DNA of 63,637 bases from Candidatus Woesearchaeota archaeon (GCA_964418095.1 CAYQKM010000004.1:1-63637), one strand, 5' to 3'; shown: positions 1 to 9,734, counted from the first letter of the stretch. A program made the numbers and translations. The notes: generated by a model not told the origin, from the letters alone.

Positions 1-1073
1 TGATCTCCTGTAACCAACAAGTTAAGTTGCTGTTTAGGTGAAGTACTCTTTAAGTATTTGAAAAGAGTTATATCAATATACTCAATCATTAATTTTTTTT
101 CAATAGGTTTATTATCATGTCCGGGCAAATCTGTTTCTTTTATGTGGATATACATGTAATCTGTTTTCTTAATGTTCTTTCTAATAATATTTATAGAATG
201 CTTACATGCCCTTCTAAGTCCTCTCCATAAATTTTCATATGCATCAATTCCAGTCAATTCAGGATAATCAAAACTAAAATTTTTCATTCCACATGCTTCA
301 GAGAATCCAATTTCCAAAGGCATATAATTTGAAGAAACCCATTTCTTATATTGTTTAAGCTTAGGTGGTTCAATGCCTGCCCCCCTAACAAACAAAAAAT
401 TTGCAGGCAATAATCCTCTTTTAACTCTGTCAATATTAACTGGGTGATCATTTAAAACATTAAATGCTTTTTCTAAAAATTCATTTACAAGATTTACAGT
501 ATACAAAGTATTCTCTTCATCATCCAAAGGCTTGCATTTAGTAATTTTATTTAAATGAAATGTTATACCATCTGTATATGTAGAATCATTTCCTGAAACA
601 TTATCAGAAAACCCTCCTCTAAAAACTAAAGCTGCTCTATGTTGAATAGTAGGTTTAAACACAAACTTACAGGGCATTTTTATTTTATTCAATTCCTTTG
701 CTAGCTGAGATGCCTCTTTATTTGTTAGAGTTCTACCCGCTCTCCTATCCAAGATATTTCCTTTCTCTAATGAATCTATTGTTCCAAAATTAACTCTAAA
801 TGCTAAATCTCCTCTTGTTAAATTTAATCCACTTCCTCTTGCTTCTAATTGTCCCCTCGTACTTGAAATAAGTTCATTTCCAAAAAGAGAAACTATTGCT
901 TCATCTGACTCAGGTATAAAACCAGGCTTAACAGTATAAACATATCCTAACTCCCCTCTTGAAGCTAAAAAATCTAAATTAGGGGTTTGGGCAGCTTCTA
1001 AAGGAGTCATGTCATTTAATGCATTATTAGGTAAATCTCCTAACCCATCAAGTATAATAAATATTCCTTTCAT
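1..1073 (-). CDS. apgM: 2,3-bisphosphoglycerate-independent phosphoglycerate mutase, archaeal ApgM type (N-terminal 357 codons; C-terminus beyond window start)
   Basis: It is absent from the ORF track because it runs off the window edge. Hand translation of the minus strand from the ATG (complement of 1071-1073) gives MKGIFIILDGLGDLPNNALNDMTPLEAAQTPNLDFLASRGELGYV...FVRGAGIEPPKLKQY...YIHIKETDLPGHDN...LLVTGDH. There is no stop down to base 1. These blocks are typical of archaeal iPGM. Confidence 0.75.
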   Translation of the reverse strand, partial: MKGIFIILDGLGDLPNNALNDMTPLEAAQTPNLDFLASRGELGYVYTVKPGFIPESDEAIVSLFGNELISSTRGQLEARGSGLNLTRGDLAFRVNFGTIDSLEKGNILDRRAGRTLTNKEASQLAKELNKIKMPCKFVFKPTIQHRAALVFRGGFSDNVSGNDSTYTDGITFHLNKITKCKPLDDEENTLYTVNLVNEFLEKAFNVLNDHPVNIDRVKRGLLPANFLFVRGAGIEPPKLKQYKKWVSSNYMPLEIGFSEACGMKNFSFDYPELTGIDAYENLWRGLRRACKHSINIIRKNIKKTDYMYIHIKETDLPGHDNKPIEKKLMIEYIDITLFKYLKSTSPKQQLNLLVTGD

Positions 1074-1184
1074 AGTTTATTTAAGCACCTTTTATTTATA
1101 AAAATTTAGATTATCTTGCTTTTGAAAATCTCATCTATTTATTCTAACCAAAACCTTAATAACTATTTATTTGCTTCTAAAAAG

Positions 1185-2390
1185 ATGTTTGGAAAACTAA
1201 AAGAAAAGCTAAAAAGTTGGACCCAGGGAATAATAAAAAAGACATCTGAAGAAGAAAATCTTCAAGAAATAGAAGAAAGTAAACCCCCAGAAAAGAAAAA
1301 GGAAGAAAAGAAGAAGAAATCTAAAAAGCCTCAAAAAGAAAAACAAGAAAAAGAAATAACGGAAAAAGAATCAGAAAATATTGAAGAAATAAAACCAATA
1401 GAAGAGCATAAGTATATTGAGCCAAAACAAAAAGAGTTTGATAAAGAAGAGCGGAAGATAAGTGAAAAAATACTTGAAGATATAAAAGTTGAAGAAAAAG
1501 AAAAGAAGGGATTCTTCAAAAAAATATTTTCTGGAATAAGCAAAGTTAAAATTTTAGAGGAAGAATTTAACGAATACTCTGAAGAACTAGAAATGATTTT
1601 ACTTGAAAATAATGTTGCATTAGAAGTTTCAGAAAAAATCATTAGGAAGCTAAAAGAAAAGATTGTGGAAAAAGAGTTCCTTAAAAAAGAAATAGAAGGA
1701 CAGATAAGAGAAACTCTTAAAGATATAATCTATGAAATACTAGTAAATCCTTTTGATTTAATTGAAAAAATAAAAGACAAAAAACTCCTAGAACATAAAC
1801 CCTACACAATATTATTTTGTGGAATAAATGGGACAGGGAAAACAACAACAATAGCAAAGATAGGAAGTCTATTAAAAGAAAAAAAACTATCCTGTGTCTT
1901 TGCTGCAGGAGATACTTTTAGAGCTGCTTCAATTGAACAACTAAAAAAACACGGTTCTAAACTAGGCATAAATGTTATCTCTCATGAGTATGGCTCAGAT
2001 CCAGCAGCAGTAGGATTTGATGCAATAAAATATGCTGAAAAAAATAAAATAGATGTTGTGCTAATAGATACTGCTGGAAGGATGCACACTGAAAAAAATC
2101 TAATGACTCAAATAGAGAAAATAGCAAGAGTATGCGACCCAGACACCAGTATTTTTATTGGAGAGAGCATAACTGGGAATGATATAGTCGAACAAATAAA
2201 ATCATTTAATAATTCAGTAAAAATAGATGGGATTATTTTAAGTAAAGCAGACATTGATGAAAAAGGCGGAACAGCTTTAAGTGTAGGATATATTACTAAA
2301 AAACCAATTCTCTACTTAGGAACAGGACAAGAATATAAAGACTTGGAAAAGTTTGATAAAAATAAGTTTGTAGATAGTTTAGAATTATAA
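1185..2390 (+). CDS. ftsY: signal recognition particle receptor FtsY
   Basis: This is ORF 1116..2390. The track start is TTG and the first ATG is at 1185 (MFGKLKEKLKSW). A Lys/Glu-rich A-domain is followed by an NG domain with GINGTGKTTT (G1), DTAGR (G3) and SKADID (G4). Confidence 0.9.
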   Translation: MFGKLKEKLKSWTQGIIKKTSEEENLQEIEESKPPEKKKEEKKKKSKKPQKEKQEKEITEKESENIEEIKPIEEHKYIEPKQKEFDKEERKISEKILEDIKVEEKEKKGFFKKIFSGISKVKILEEEFNEYSEELEMILLENNVALEVSEKIIRKLKEKIVEKEFLKKEIEGQIRETLKDIIYEILVNPFDLIEKIKDKKLLEHKPYTILFCGINGTGKTTTIAKIGSLLKEKKLSCVFAAGDTFRAASIEQLKKHGSKLGINVISHEYGSDPAAVGFDAIKYAEKNKIDVVLIDTAGRMHTEKNLMTQIEKIARVCDPDTSIFIGESITGNDIVEQIKSFNNSVKIDGIILSKADIDEKGGTALSVGYITKKPILYLGTGQEYKDLEKFDKNKFVDSLEL

Positions 2391-2405
2391 TTATCTAAAT
2401 GATTA

Positions 2406-2487
2406 CGCCAGTACCAGGAATCGAACCTAGAAATCCTTTAGGAAACACGCTCTCCAAGCGTACGGAGTACCATTGTCCCATACTGGC
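2406..2487 (-). tRNA. tRNA-Ser (anticodon GGA), class II with long variable arm
   Basis: This is a GC-rich island in AT-rich DNA. The minus strand reads GCCAGTA..TACGC-TTGGAGA-GCGTG with a long variable arm (TTCCTAAAGGA hairpin), T-arm CTAGG-TTCGATT-CCTGG and acceptor 3' strand TACTGGC plus discriminator G. CCA is not encoded. Confidence 0.85.
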
Positions 2488-2576
2488 CAGATTATTTAAC
2501 AACAAATATATTTTCTATTTAAAACAATATTTTTAATAACCCAAACTTTATTAACCTTTAACTTGCTAATTTTTCT

Positions 2577-3953
2577 ATGTTAGAAAAACTTGGAGAATCA
2601 CTAAGGAAAGCAAGAGATAAAATAGCTAATGCTTTGTTCTTAGATAAAAACCTGGTTGAGAGCATAGTAAGAGACTTACAAAGAGCACTAATAGAAGCAG
2701 ATGTAAATATACTTTTAGTAAAAGAAATCTCAGATAAAATAAAGAAAGCAGCATATGATGAAAGAATAAAGGAAATTGAAAAAAAAGAGCATATAATCAA
2801 ATTACTATATGATGAGCTAGCAGGCATTTTAGGAGAAAGCAAGCAATTAACCATAAACCCAAAATCTCAAAACAGAATAATGCTGCTGGGATTGTATGGA
2901 GCAGGAAAAACAACCACAATCGCAAAACTTGGAAACTGGTATGCAAAACGCAGCAAAAAAGTTGCATTAGTAGGATTAGATGTTCATAGACCTGCAGCAA
3001 AAGAACAGTTAATTCAGCTTGGCAAAAAAAACAACTTAAATGTCTTTGTGGATTTAGAAGAGACAAGTGCACTGAAAACATACAAGAAATTTGAAAAAAC
3101 TCTGAAAGATTATGAAATTATCCTGATAGATACAGCAGGAAGACACACTCTTGACAAAGAATTAATTTCAGAGATAAAAGAATTAAACAAATTAATAAAA
3201 CCAACAGAAACAATTTTAGTCATGCCTGCAGATATTGGACAGGCTGCAAAAAAGCAGGCTGAAGAATTTCAAAAAGCACTAAACATCTCAGGAGTAATAA
3301 TAACCCGTATGGATTCAACTGCAAAGGCAGGAGGGGCTTTAACTGCGTGCGCTGAGACAAATGCTCCCGTCTATTACATAACCACAGGAGAAAAAATAAA
3401 TGACATAGAAGAATTCCACTCAAAAAAATTCCTCTCAAGGCTTCTTGGCATGGGTGATTTGGAAGCCCTTATTGAAAAGATACGTTCTGTCACAGATGAA
3501 TCCCAGCAAGAAAAAATGCAAAAAAAACTAGAAGAAGGAAAACTTTCTCTAGAGGATGTAATTGAACAAGTAAAATCAATGAACCAAATAGGAGGGTTTG
3601 ATAAAATAAAAAACATGATTCCAGGTTTAGGAAGTGCAAAAATTCCTGAAAATATGCTTGAATCCCAACAAGAAAAAATTGCAAAGTGGGAACATATTAT
3701 CAAATCAATGACAAAAGAAGAAAGAGAAAATCCAGAATTATTTGAAAAACAAACCTCAAGAATAAGCAGGGTTGCTGAAGGAGCGGGTGTAAATAATAGT
3801 GATATTCGAGCTCTCCTAAAACAATATAAAATGCTTCAAGACATGATGAAAGGCGGACTTGAAAATATGGATATGTCCAAAGGACTCTCTCAAAAACAAA
3901 TACAAAAAATGATGAAGAAATTTGGAAAGAAAAAAATGATGAGATTTAAATAA
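2577..3953 (+). CDS. srp54: signal recognition particle protein SRP54
   Basis: 458 aa with MLEKLGESLRKA at the N-terminus. Motifs seen are GLYGAGKTTT, DTAGRH and TRMDSTAKAGGAL, plus a Met-rich M domain (MLQDMMKGG...MMKKFGKKKMM). Confidence 0.95.
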   Translation: MLEKLGESLRKARDKIANALFLDKNLVESIVRDLQRALIEADVNILLVKEISDKIKKAAYDERIKEIEKKEHIIKLLYDELAGILGESKQLTINPKSQNRIMLLGLYGAGKTTTIAKLGNWYAKRSKKVALVGLDVHRPAAKEQLIQLGKKNNLNVFVDLEETSALKTYKKFEKTLKDYEIILIDTAGRHTLDKELISEIKELNKLIKPTETILVMPADIGQAAKKQAEEFQKALNISGVIITRMDSTAKAGGALTACAETNAPVYYITTGEKINDIEEFHSKKFLSRLLGMGDLEALIEKIRSVTDESQQEKMQKKLEEGKLSLEDVIEQVKSMNQIGGFDKIKNMIPGLGSAKIPENMLESQQEKIAKWEHIIKSMTKEERENPELFEKQTSRISRVAEGAGVNNSDIRALLKQYKMLQDMMKGGLENMDMSKGLSQKQIQKMMKKFGKKKMMRFK

Positions 3954-3954
3954 A

Positions 3955-4356
3955 ATGAAAAAAACAAAATATATCTTATTAATAATAATATTTTCTCTAT
4001 CTCTTTTAGCCTCAGCAATATTAACTTTCATTCCTCCAGAAAAAGCATGTGGGGGAGTAGAAACAACCTGCTATGCTGTTCAAACTTCTCAATATGAAAA
4101 AACACTTGGAATGCACAATAGTATTTTAGGGTTAATTGCATTTTCAACACTCTTAGTGTTCTCACTATCTTATTTAAAAAACCCAAAAAAATACAAAAAA
4201 CAAATAATAATTTTAGGAATTTTAATAGGCTCAATATTTGCAATTTATTTTTTATATCTTCAATTTTTTGTAATTAATGCTATTTGTAAATATTGTATGA
4301 TTATAGACATAGGGGCTTTACTAAGTCTAATAATGGTTTTTACATTGAAAGGATAA
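3955..4356 (+). CDS. vitamin K epoxide reductase (VKOR)-family membrane thiol oxidoreductase
   Basis: 133 aa with about 4 TM segments. It has a loop Cys pair (ACGGVETTCYAVQTSQY) and a CxxC in the last TM (CKYC), which is the VKOR arrangement. It starts 2 nt after the srp54 stop. Confidence 0.65.
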   Translation: MKKTKYILLIIIFSLSLLASAILTFIPPEKACGGVETTCYAVQTSQYEKTLGMHNSILGLIAFSTLLVFSLSYLKNPKKYKKQIIILGILIGSIFAIYFLYLQFFVINAICKYCMIIDIGALLSLIMVFTLKG

Positions 4357-4367
4357 ATCTCAAAAAG

Positions 4368-5045
4368 TTACTCTCTCTTTAGTCTTCCTTCTAAAGATCC
4401 TTCTTTAGATTTTTTCACATTCAAAAACTTTGTAGAGAATTCTGACAAAACTTGCTTCCCTTCAATTTCCCTCGCAACAATTTCAATAGGATATGAAAAA
4501 TGAAAATCATCTCCTGGCTCAAACTTAACTGCTTCACTTAGATTAGCAGAGTAAATTGTCCTGTCCTCTTCATCTCTCCTTTTAACTCTAAGAGAGTATG
4601 AAACACCCATTAAGAAAAAATGAAGACTATCTCCATCTTTAAACTCCCCATTTTCAAATTTACCAAATAACTCTGGGAGAGTTTTATACTTCTCATTAAA
4701 ATGAGTGTTTTCTAAAGACTTCTTTATTTCTCGAGGTTTTCCTCTACATGCAGAGTAATCTGAAAAAATATATCCTGAACCTTTAGAATAATTAAAAGAC
4801 TCATTCTTAAATAAAAAATGCTTAGTTTCATTATAAGTGGTATCATCTACTTGGTTAAAATTCATTGAATAAAGTCCCAATAAAAAAGAAAAATCTATTT
4901 CTTTTTTAGATAAATTAAGAGAACTATTTGTAGATGGGAACCCTCCCCCCTCTGTTTTAATTCCATAACTCAATTTATCCTGAGGAAATGCAAGCACACT
5001 TGAAAAAAATAAAGCACTTGCAAGGAAAATTTCCTTAAACTTCAT
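4368..5045 (-). CDS. hypothetical secreted protein
   Basis: This is ORF 4368..5120. The internal ATG at 5045 gives a clean signal peptide (MKFKEIFLASALFFSSVLAFPQ). I recognised no family. Confidence 0.5.
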   Translation of the reverse strand: MKFKEIFLASALFFSSVLAFPQDKLSYGIKTEGGGFPSTNSSLNLSKKEIDFSFLLGLYSMNFNQVDDTTYNETKHFLFKNESFNYSKGSGYIFSDYSACRGKPREIKKSLENTHFNEKYKTLPELFGKFENGEFKDGDSLHFFLMGVSYSLRVKRRDEEDRTIYSANLSEAVKFEPGDDFHFSYPIEIVAREIEGKQVLSEFSTKFLNVKKSKEGSLEGRLKRE

Positions 5046-5137
5046 TAAAAAGAGATTAAAAAAGAGTATAAAAGCATTTATATTAAAGCATTTAACCAAA
5101 GAATAAAACTTAAAATGCAAAAAAACATTAATAATTC

Positions 5138-5758
5138 ATGAAATTAATACAGCAAGGTGCAGAAGCAAAAATATTCCTAGATAAAAAAAACAATCTAATA
5201 ATTAAAGATAGAATCTCTAAACATTATAGAATTCCAGAATTAGATAAAAAGATAATTAAGCAAAGAACAAAATCAGAAACTAAGCTTCTTGAAAAAGCAA
5301 ATAAAATAATTCCTTGTCCAAAGCCCTCTCATCCATTTAAAGAATTAAAAGAAAACAGCAAAATATCTATGGAGTATATAGAAGGAAAAAAATTATCTGA
5401 AAATTTAAATGAATTCTCTTTAAATAAACAAAAAAACATAATAGTAAAAGTAGGGACATCAATTTCAAAACTACACAAATCAGACATAATCCACGGGGAT
5501 TTAACTACAAGCAATATGATATTAAAAGACAATAAAGTATTTTTAGTTGACTTTGGATTAGGATATATTTCTAAAAAAATAGAAGATAAAGCGGTAGATA
5601 TTCATTTATTAAAACAGGCATTAGAAGCAAAGCACTTTAAAAATTGGAAAACCCTTTTTGAAGAATTCAAAAAGTCTTACTCTAAAAATAACCCTGAGTC
5701 AAAACAAGTGTTTGAGAGAGTTATTGCAGTTGAAAGAAGAGGAAGATATAAACACTAA
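5138..5758 (+). CDS. bud32: Kae1-associated kinase Bud32 (KEOPS subunit)
   Basis: 206 aa small RIO-like kinase. Motifs seen are GAEAKIF, the catalytic loop IIHGDLTTSNMIL, LVDFGLG, DKAVDIHLL and a C-terminal ERRGRY. Confidence 0.85.
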   Translation: MKLIQQGAEAKIFLDKKNNLIIKDRISKHYRIPELDKKIIKQRTKSETKLLEKANKIIPCPKPSHPFKELKENSKISMEYIEGKKLSENLNEFSLNKQKNIIVKVGTSISKLHKSDIIHGDLTTSNMILKDNKVFLVDFGLGYISKKIEDKAVDIHLLKQALEAKHFKNWKTLFEEFKKSYSKNNPESKQVFERVIAVERRGRYKH

Positions 5759-5812
5759 ACAATATAATCCAATAACCCAAATACTTTTAATAGAATTTAA
5801 ATCTAAATAAAT

Positions 5813-6664
5813 ATGAAGATAAGTAAATTAAGTAAAATTGTTTTTCCTGTATTAACAACACTCTCTGTCTCATTATTTAACAATTGCAATCAAAACCCAA
5901 TCATTTTTGATTGTTCTAAAGAAAAGCCAAAATCAGAAGTCTTATTAAAAAATAAAGACAAGGAGAAATCTGAATCATCTCCTCCAGAATTTGATTTAAA
6001 ATATTCTAAAAATGTAGAAGATAGCAGAGCCTATCTAAAAGAAGCTGTCAACTATAACCCTTTTTTACGAGATAGTGTCTACCTGCTAAAAAACATAAAC
6101 CAACTTACAAAAAGATTAGAACACTCATATGTTCAAGACACATTAGGAAATGACATATTCTATAGAACAGATGAATTAAATCTGGAACAGCTTCAAAGGA
6201 TTTACCTGATGATGAATTCTCTAAAAGAAAAATCATTTAGACAAGAAATAGGACAAAAGATAAAAGATGATGTAGAAGATCAATTTGCTGAGCACGGAGG
6301 CTTAGTTTTCCACAACAAAGGGAAGATTTATTTAAAGAGTATAGAGAGTTGTTTAATAAAAGACACTGCTTATAATACTTCTTATTGTTTTCCAACTGAA
6401 GCACATTTTATAGCTAATTTAGGAAAATTCCATATTCATGCTGAAGACTATACTGAACAAGAGTATGCTCATCCAAGCAATATTGACTTAACAATCTCCT
6501 ATTATGCCTCCAAAATGTTTAATGAAAGTAATGAATTTGTAATAACTTCACTAGAAAAAGGGAAATTCAATATAGACTATTATGGTGGAAATATGTTAAC
6601 TGGCCCCCTAACAAAGGTATTTGATTTAGGAAACTATTACTATGATACACTCAACTTAAAATAA
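5813..6664 (+). CDS. hypothetical secreted protein / possible lipoprotein
   Basis: It has a signal peptide ending in a Cys (TLSVSLFNNCNQN). The C-terminal half contains a His-rich block (FHIHAEDYTEQEYAHPSNID). I could not assign a family. Confidence 0.5.
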   Translation: MKISKLSKIVFPVLTTLSVSLFNNCNQNPIIFDCSKEKPKSEVLLKNKDKEKSESSPPEFDLKYSKNVEDSRAYLKEAVNYNPFLRDSVYLLKNINQLTKRLEHSYVQDTLGNDIFYRTDELNLEQLQRIYLMMNSLKEKSFRQEIGQKIKDDVEDQFAEHGGLVFHNKGKIYLKSIESCLIKDTAYNTSYCFPTEAHFIANLGKFHIHAEDYTEQEYAHPSNIDLTISYYASKMFNESNEFVITSLEKGKFNIDYYGGNMLTGPLTKVFDLGNYYYDTLNLK

Positions 6665-6665
6665 A

Positions 6666-6757
6666 TAGCCCTACCAGGATTCGAACCTGGGTCTCGGCCT
6701 CTCTTCGCTTATCTAAACTCCAAAGGGCCGCATACTTGACCACTGTACTATAGGGCT
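6666..6757 (-). tRNA. tRNA-Gln (anticodon TTG) with a ~19-nt intron at the canonical 37/38 position
   Basis: The minus strand reads AGCCCTA-TA-GTAC-AGTGGTCAA-GTAT-G-CGGCC-CTTTGG[AGTTTAGATAAGCGAAGAG]A-GGCCG-AGAC-CCAGG-TTCGAAT-CCTGG-TAGGGCT-A. All four stems pair once the bracketed segment (about 6701-6719) is removed. Confidence 0.75.
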
Positions 6758-6879
6758 TTACATTCTGAAAAACAAAAACAAGAACTATTTATAAAATTAC
6801 CTTATCTAAACACTCTTAAAAAGAATAATCTATTTAATGCAACAATAAGCTTTAAAAAACCACTTTACGAAATAGTAAG

Positions 6880-7230
6880 ATGGTTAAGGAAACAAAAGAT
6901 AAACAAGAAGAAAAAGCTGAAAAACCAAAAAAACTAACTAATGCAGAGTATGAAAAAAAAGTAATAGAGTTAGCAGATAAAGGACTTACTGCTGAAAAGA
7001 TAGGAGAAGAATTAAAAAGAAAAAATATCCATCCAAAAGAATACGATAAAAAAATCTCTAAAATACTAAAAGAAAAATATGTTAGTCCAGATTTAAAGAA
7101 TGCTGAAGAAAAGCTAGAAAAAATTGAAGAACATTTAAAAAATAATAAACAAGACAAGAGAGCAAAAAGAGAAAGAAGTAGAATCTTCTCAAGAATTAGA
7201 AAAATTAAGAAATATTTAAAGAAAATATAA
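6880..7230 (+). CDS. rps15: 30S ribosomal protein uS15 (S15P/S13e)
   Basis: 116 aa. LTAEKIGEELKRKNIHP matches the archaeal S15 N-domain, and the C-terminus (KDKRAKRERSRIFSRIRKIKKYLKK) matches the S15 helix. Confidence 0.85.
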   Translation: MVKETKDKQEEKAEKPKKLTNAEYEKKVIELADKGLTAEKIGEELKRKNIHPKEYDKKISKILKEKYVSPDLKNAEEKLEKIEEHLKNNKQDKRAKRERSRIFSRIRKIKKYLKKI

Positions 7231-7247
7231 GATTCTTTTAAAATAAA

Positions 7248-8585
7248 ATGAAAAAAGAGGAAAAGAGTTTACAAGAAGAAATTAAATTATTTGCTAAAGA
7301 ATTTATAGAAAAAACAAAGAATAAAGAGATTCAAATTATTAGCCACTTTGATACAGATGGAATAACCTCTGCAGCAATAATTATAAGTGCATTAAAAAAA
7401 CTTGATAAGAAGTTTTCAATGAGAATCTTGAAAAGTTTAGAAGAAAAAACAATAAAAAAACTCCCAAAAGACAAAATAATAATGTTCTTAGATTTAGGTT
7501 CAGGAAGTTTTGAACATATTAAAAAACACAACCTAAAAGAAGTATTCATAATAGATCATCACGAAGTAGGTAAAGACATTCCAGAAAATGTAAGAATAAT
7601 AAACCCTCATCTCTCAAACAAGGAAAAAATAAGCAGTTCTGGATTAACTTATCTTTTCTGCAAAGAAATACATCCTGAAGTTAAAGAATTATCTAAATTA
7701 GCAATACTAGGAATGATAGGAGATTGTCTTGAAAAAGAAATTGACTCACTAAATAATGGAATTCTTGAAGAAAGCGGAATTCAAAGAAAAAGAGGAATAT
7801 TAATTTATCCCTCAACACGTCCAGTAAATAGAGTTTTAGAATATTCTTCTAACCCCTATATTCCAGAAGTGACAGGAAATATGAGAGGAGTATTAGAATT
7901 GCTCAGAGAAACAGGAATAGTCCCTGAAAAAGGAAAATACAAGAGTATAATTGAACTTGATGAAAAAGAAATGAAAAATTTAACAACTGCAATATTACTT
8001 AGAAGTCCTAAAATAAAGGCAAAGGACTTAGTAGGAGATATATTCTTAATAAAAATGTTTAATAGATTAGAAGATGCGCGAGATATTAGCGCAATAGTTA
8101 ATGCTTGCTCCAGGTCAGGAAAACCCGAGTTAGCACTTCAATATTGTTTGGAAATACCTTCTGCAAAAAAGAATGCTGAATTAACTCAAATCAAATACAG
8201 GCAAAAAATAATCTCAGGATTAGATTTTGTACAAAAAACAGAAAAGATTTCTGGAAAAGGATTTGTAATAATCAATGCCCAAGACAATGTAAAAGATACA
8301 ATGATAGGAACAATAGCAAGCATAATTTCAAATTCATCAATATATGAAGAAGGAACAGTCATTGTAACAATGGCTTACTATGAAGATAAAATAAAAGTCT
8401 CAGCAAGGGATGTTGGAAGAAGAGGTAGAAATCTTAAAAATCTCTTAGAAAATGTAATCACCTCGGTAGGAGGAGAAGTTGGAGGACACGAACACGCTGC
8501 AGGATGCATTGTCCATAAAAAAAAGGAAATAGAATTCATTGAAATGTTAAGGAAAAATTTAGAAGTTGAGTTAGTAAATGCCTAA
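7248..8585 (+). CDS. RecJ-like DHH-family phosphoesterase (archaeal RecJ/GAN/Cdc45-like)
   Basis: 445 aa with the DHH motifs HFDTDGITSAAI, DLGSG, IIDHH and a C-terminal GGHEHAAG. Confidence 0.8.
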   Translation: MKKEEKSLQEEIKLFAKEFIEKTKNKEIQIISHFDTDGITSAAIIISALKKLDKKFSMRILKSLEEKTIKKLPKDKIIMFLDLGSGSFEHIKKHNLKEVFIIDHHEVGKDIPENVRIINPHLSNKEKISSSGLTYLFCKEIHPEVKELSKLAILGMIGDCLEKEIDSLNNGILEESGIQRKRGILIYPSTRPVNRVLEYSSNPYIPEVTGNMRGVLELLRETGIVPEKGKYKSIIELDEKEMKNLTTAILLRSPKIKAKDLVGDIFLIKMFNRLEDARDISAIVNACSRSGKPELALQYCLEIPSAKKNAELTQIKYRQKIISGLDFVQKTEKISGKGFVIINAQDNVKDTMIGTIASIISNSSIYEEGTVIVTMAYYEDKIKVSARDVGRRGRNLKNLLENVITSVGGEVGGHEHAAGCIVHKKKEIEFIEMLRKNLEVELVNA

Positions 8586-8637
8586 ATTTCTAACTCCCAA
8601 ACATAACCTTTAAAACCTCATTACTTCTTTAAAAAAT

Positions 8638-9342
8638 ATGTTAGAAGAAGGAGAATTAACACTTTGCACAGTAGATAGAATAGCTGGAACAGTTGTATTT
8701 GTAAAAGTAGAAGGTCAAGAAAAAGAAGGGAGTATAATTCTAAGTGAAATAGCTCCAGGAAGAATAAGAAATCTAAGAGAGCATGTTGTCCCAAAGAAAA
8801 AAATAGTTTGCAAAGTTCTAAAAAATAATGGAGAAACAACTATTCTCTCATTAAGAAGAGTAACTCAAAAAGAAAAAAAAGAAGTAATGGAAGAATACAA
8901 CAAAGAAAAAAGCTACATGAACATACTAAAAACAATACTAGGGGAAAAATCAGAAAAGATAATACAAGAAATTTTAAAACAAAAAAGAATTTACTCTTTC
9001 TTTGAAGAAGTAAAAACAAATCCTGTTCTTTTAGAGAAATTAGTTGGAAAAGAAAATTCTGAAAAAATACTAAACATCATCCTGGAAGAAAAGAAAAGAA
9101 AAATAATAATAAAGAAAACAATACACTTAAAAACATTAAATTCTGAAGGATTATATCAGATAAAGGAGATTTTAAGTGCTCCAAAAGGAATAAATGTAAA
9201 GTACACTACTGCAGGAAAATACTCCCTGATTTTAGAAGCAGAAGATGGGAAAAAGGGAGAACAAAGGATGAAAAATTTCCTAGAAGAAATAGAAAAAAAA
9301 TCAAAAAACTTAGGAGCAATACTTGAAATAAAAGAAAAATAA
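8638..9342 (+). CDS. eif2a: translation initiation factor aIF2 alpha subunit
   Basis: It has an N-terminal S1/OB domain (EEGELTLCTVDRIAGTVVFVKVEGQEKEGSIILSEIAPGRIRNLREHV...KVL...LSLRRVTQKEK). The length and the conserved neighbourhood with nop10 fit aIF2-alpha. Confidence 0.8.
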   Translation: MLEEGELTLCTVDRIAGTVVFVKVEGQEKEGSIILSEIAPGRIRNLREHVVPKKKIVCKVLKNNGETTILSLRRVTQKEKKEVMEEYNKEKSYMNILKTILGEKSEKIIQEILKQKRIYSFFEEVKTNPVLLEKLVGKENSEKILNIILEEKKRKIIIKKTIHLKTLNSEGLYQIKEILSAPKGINVKYTTAGKYSLILEAEDGKKGEQRMKNFLEEIEKKSKNLGAILEIKEK

Positions 9343-9344
9343 AA

Positions 9345-9734
9345 ATGACTGACAAATTCGATGTTAAAATAGTAGGAATACTTTTCAGCCCAAAAGCAAG
9401 GAAAATACTTATTGGAAGAAATAAAGGAGAAAAGCATTTAAGTTTTTTAGAAGGAGATTTGAAGCATAATGAAGAATTAGATGTTGGGTTAAAAAGAGTA
9501 ATAACAAAAAAAACAGGATATATTGCCCATAATTTAGGTGCAGTATATGCAAGAAATAAATTAGCTAAAAAAGACCAATTAGAATTATTTTTCTTATGTG
9601 AGGTTACAGAAGGCAAAGAAATGCCTGGGGAAAAGGTTGCTGAATTAATCTGGATAAACCCAAAAGATGTTGAAAAAGAATTAAAGAAAAAACTTCCTAC
9701 AAGGTTAAGAGAATATATTTTCGGATTAGGATGA
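9345..9734 (+). CDS. Nudix-fold protein with degenerate Nudix box
   Basis: GDLKHNEELDVGLKRVITKKTGY fits the Gx5Ex7R spacing of the Nudix box. However, REUxEE is replaced by RVITKK, so the catalytic Glu residues are missing. Confidence 0.5.
   Translation: MTDKFDVKIVGILFSPKARKILIGRNKGEKHLSFLEGDLKHNEELDVGLKRVITKKTGYIAHNLGAVYARNKLAKKDQLELFFLCEVTEGKEMPGEKVAELIWINPKDVEKELKKKLPTRLREYIFGLG

Noticed and set aside
1331-1642. 103-aa minus-strand ORF inside ftsY, and similar antisense ORFs at 2558..2854, 2797..3081, 3220..3438, 3374..3703, 3490..3684 and 3816..4031 inside srp54
   Set aside because: They are mirror images of Lys/Glu-rich coding sequence and give Ser/Phe/Leu-rich low-complexity text. They lie fully inside well-supported genes.
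5813-6664. JAMM/MPN+ metalloprotease-like motif (HIH...S-N-I-D) in the secreted hypothetical protein
   Set aside because: The spacing between H-x-H and S-x-x-D is 12 residues instead of the canonical 7, and the upstream Glu is uncertain. This is too weak to call by eye.
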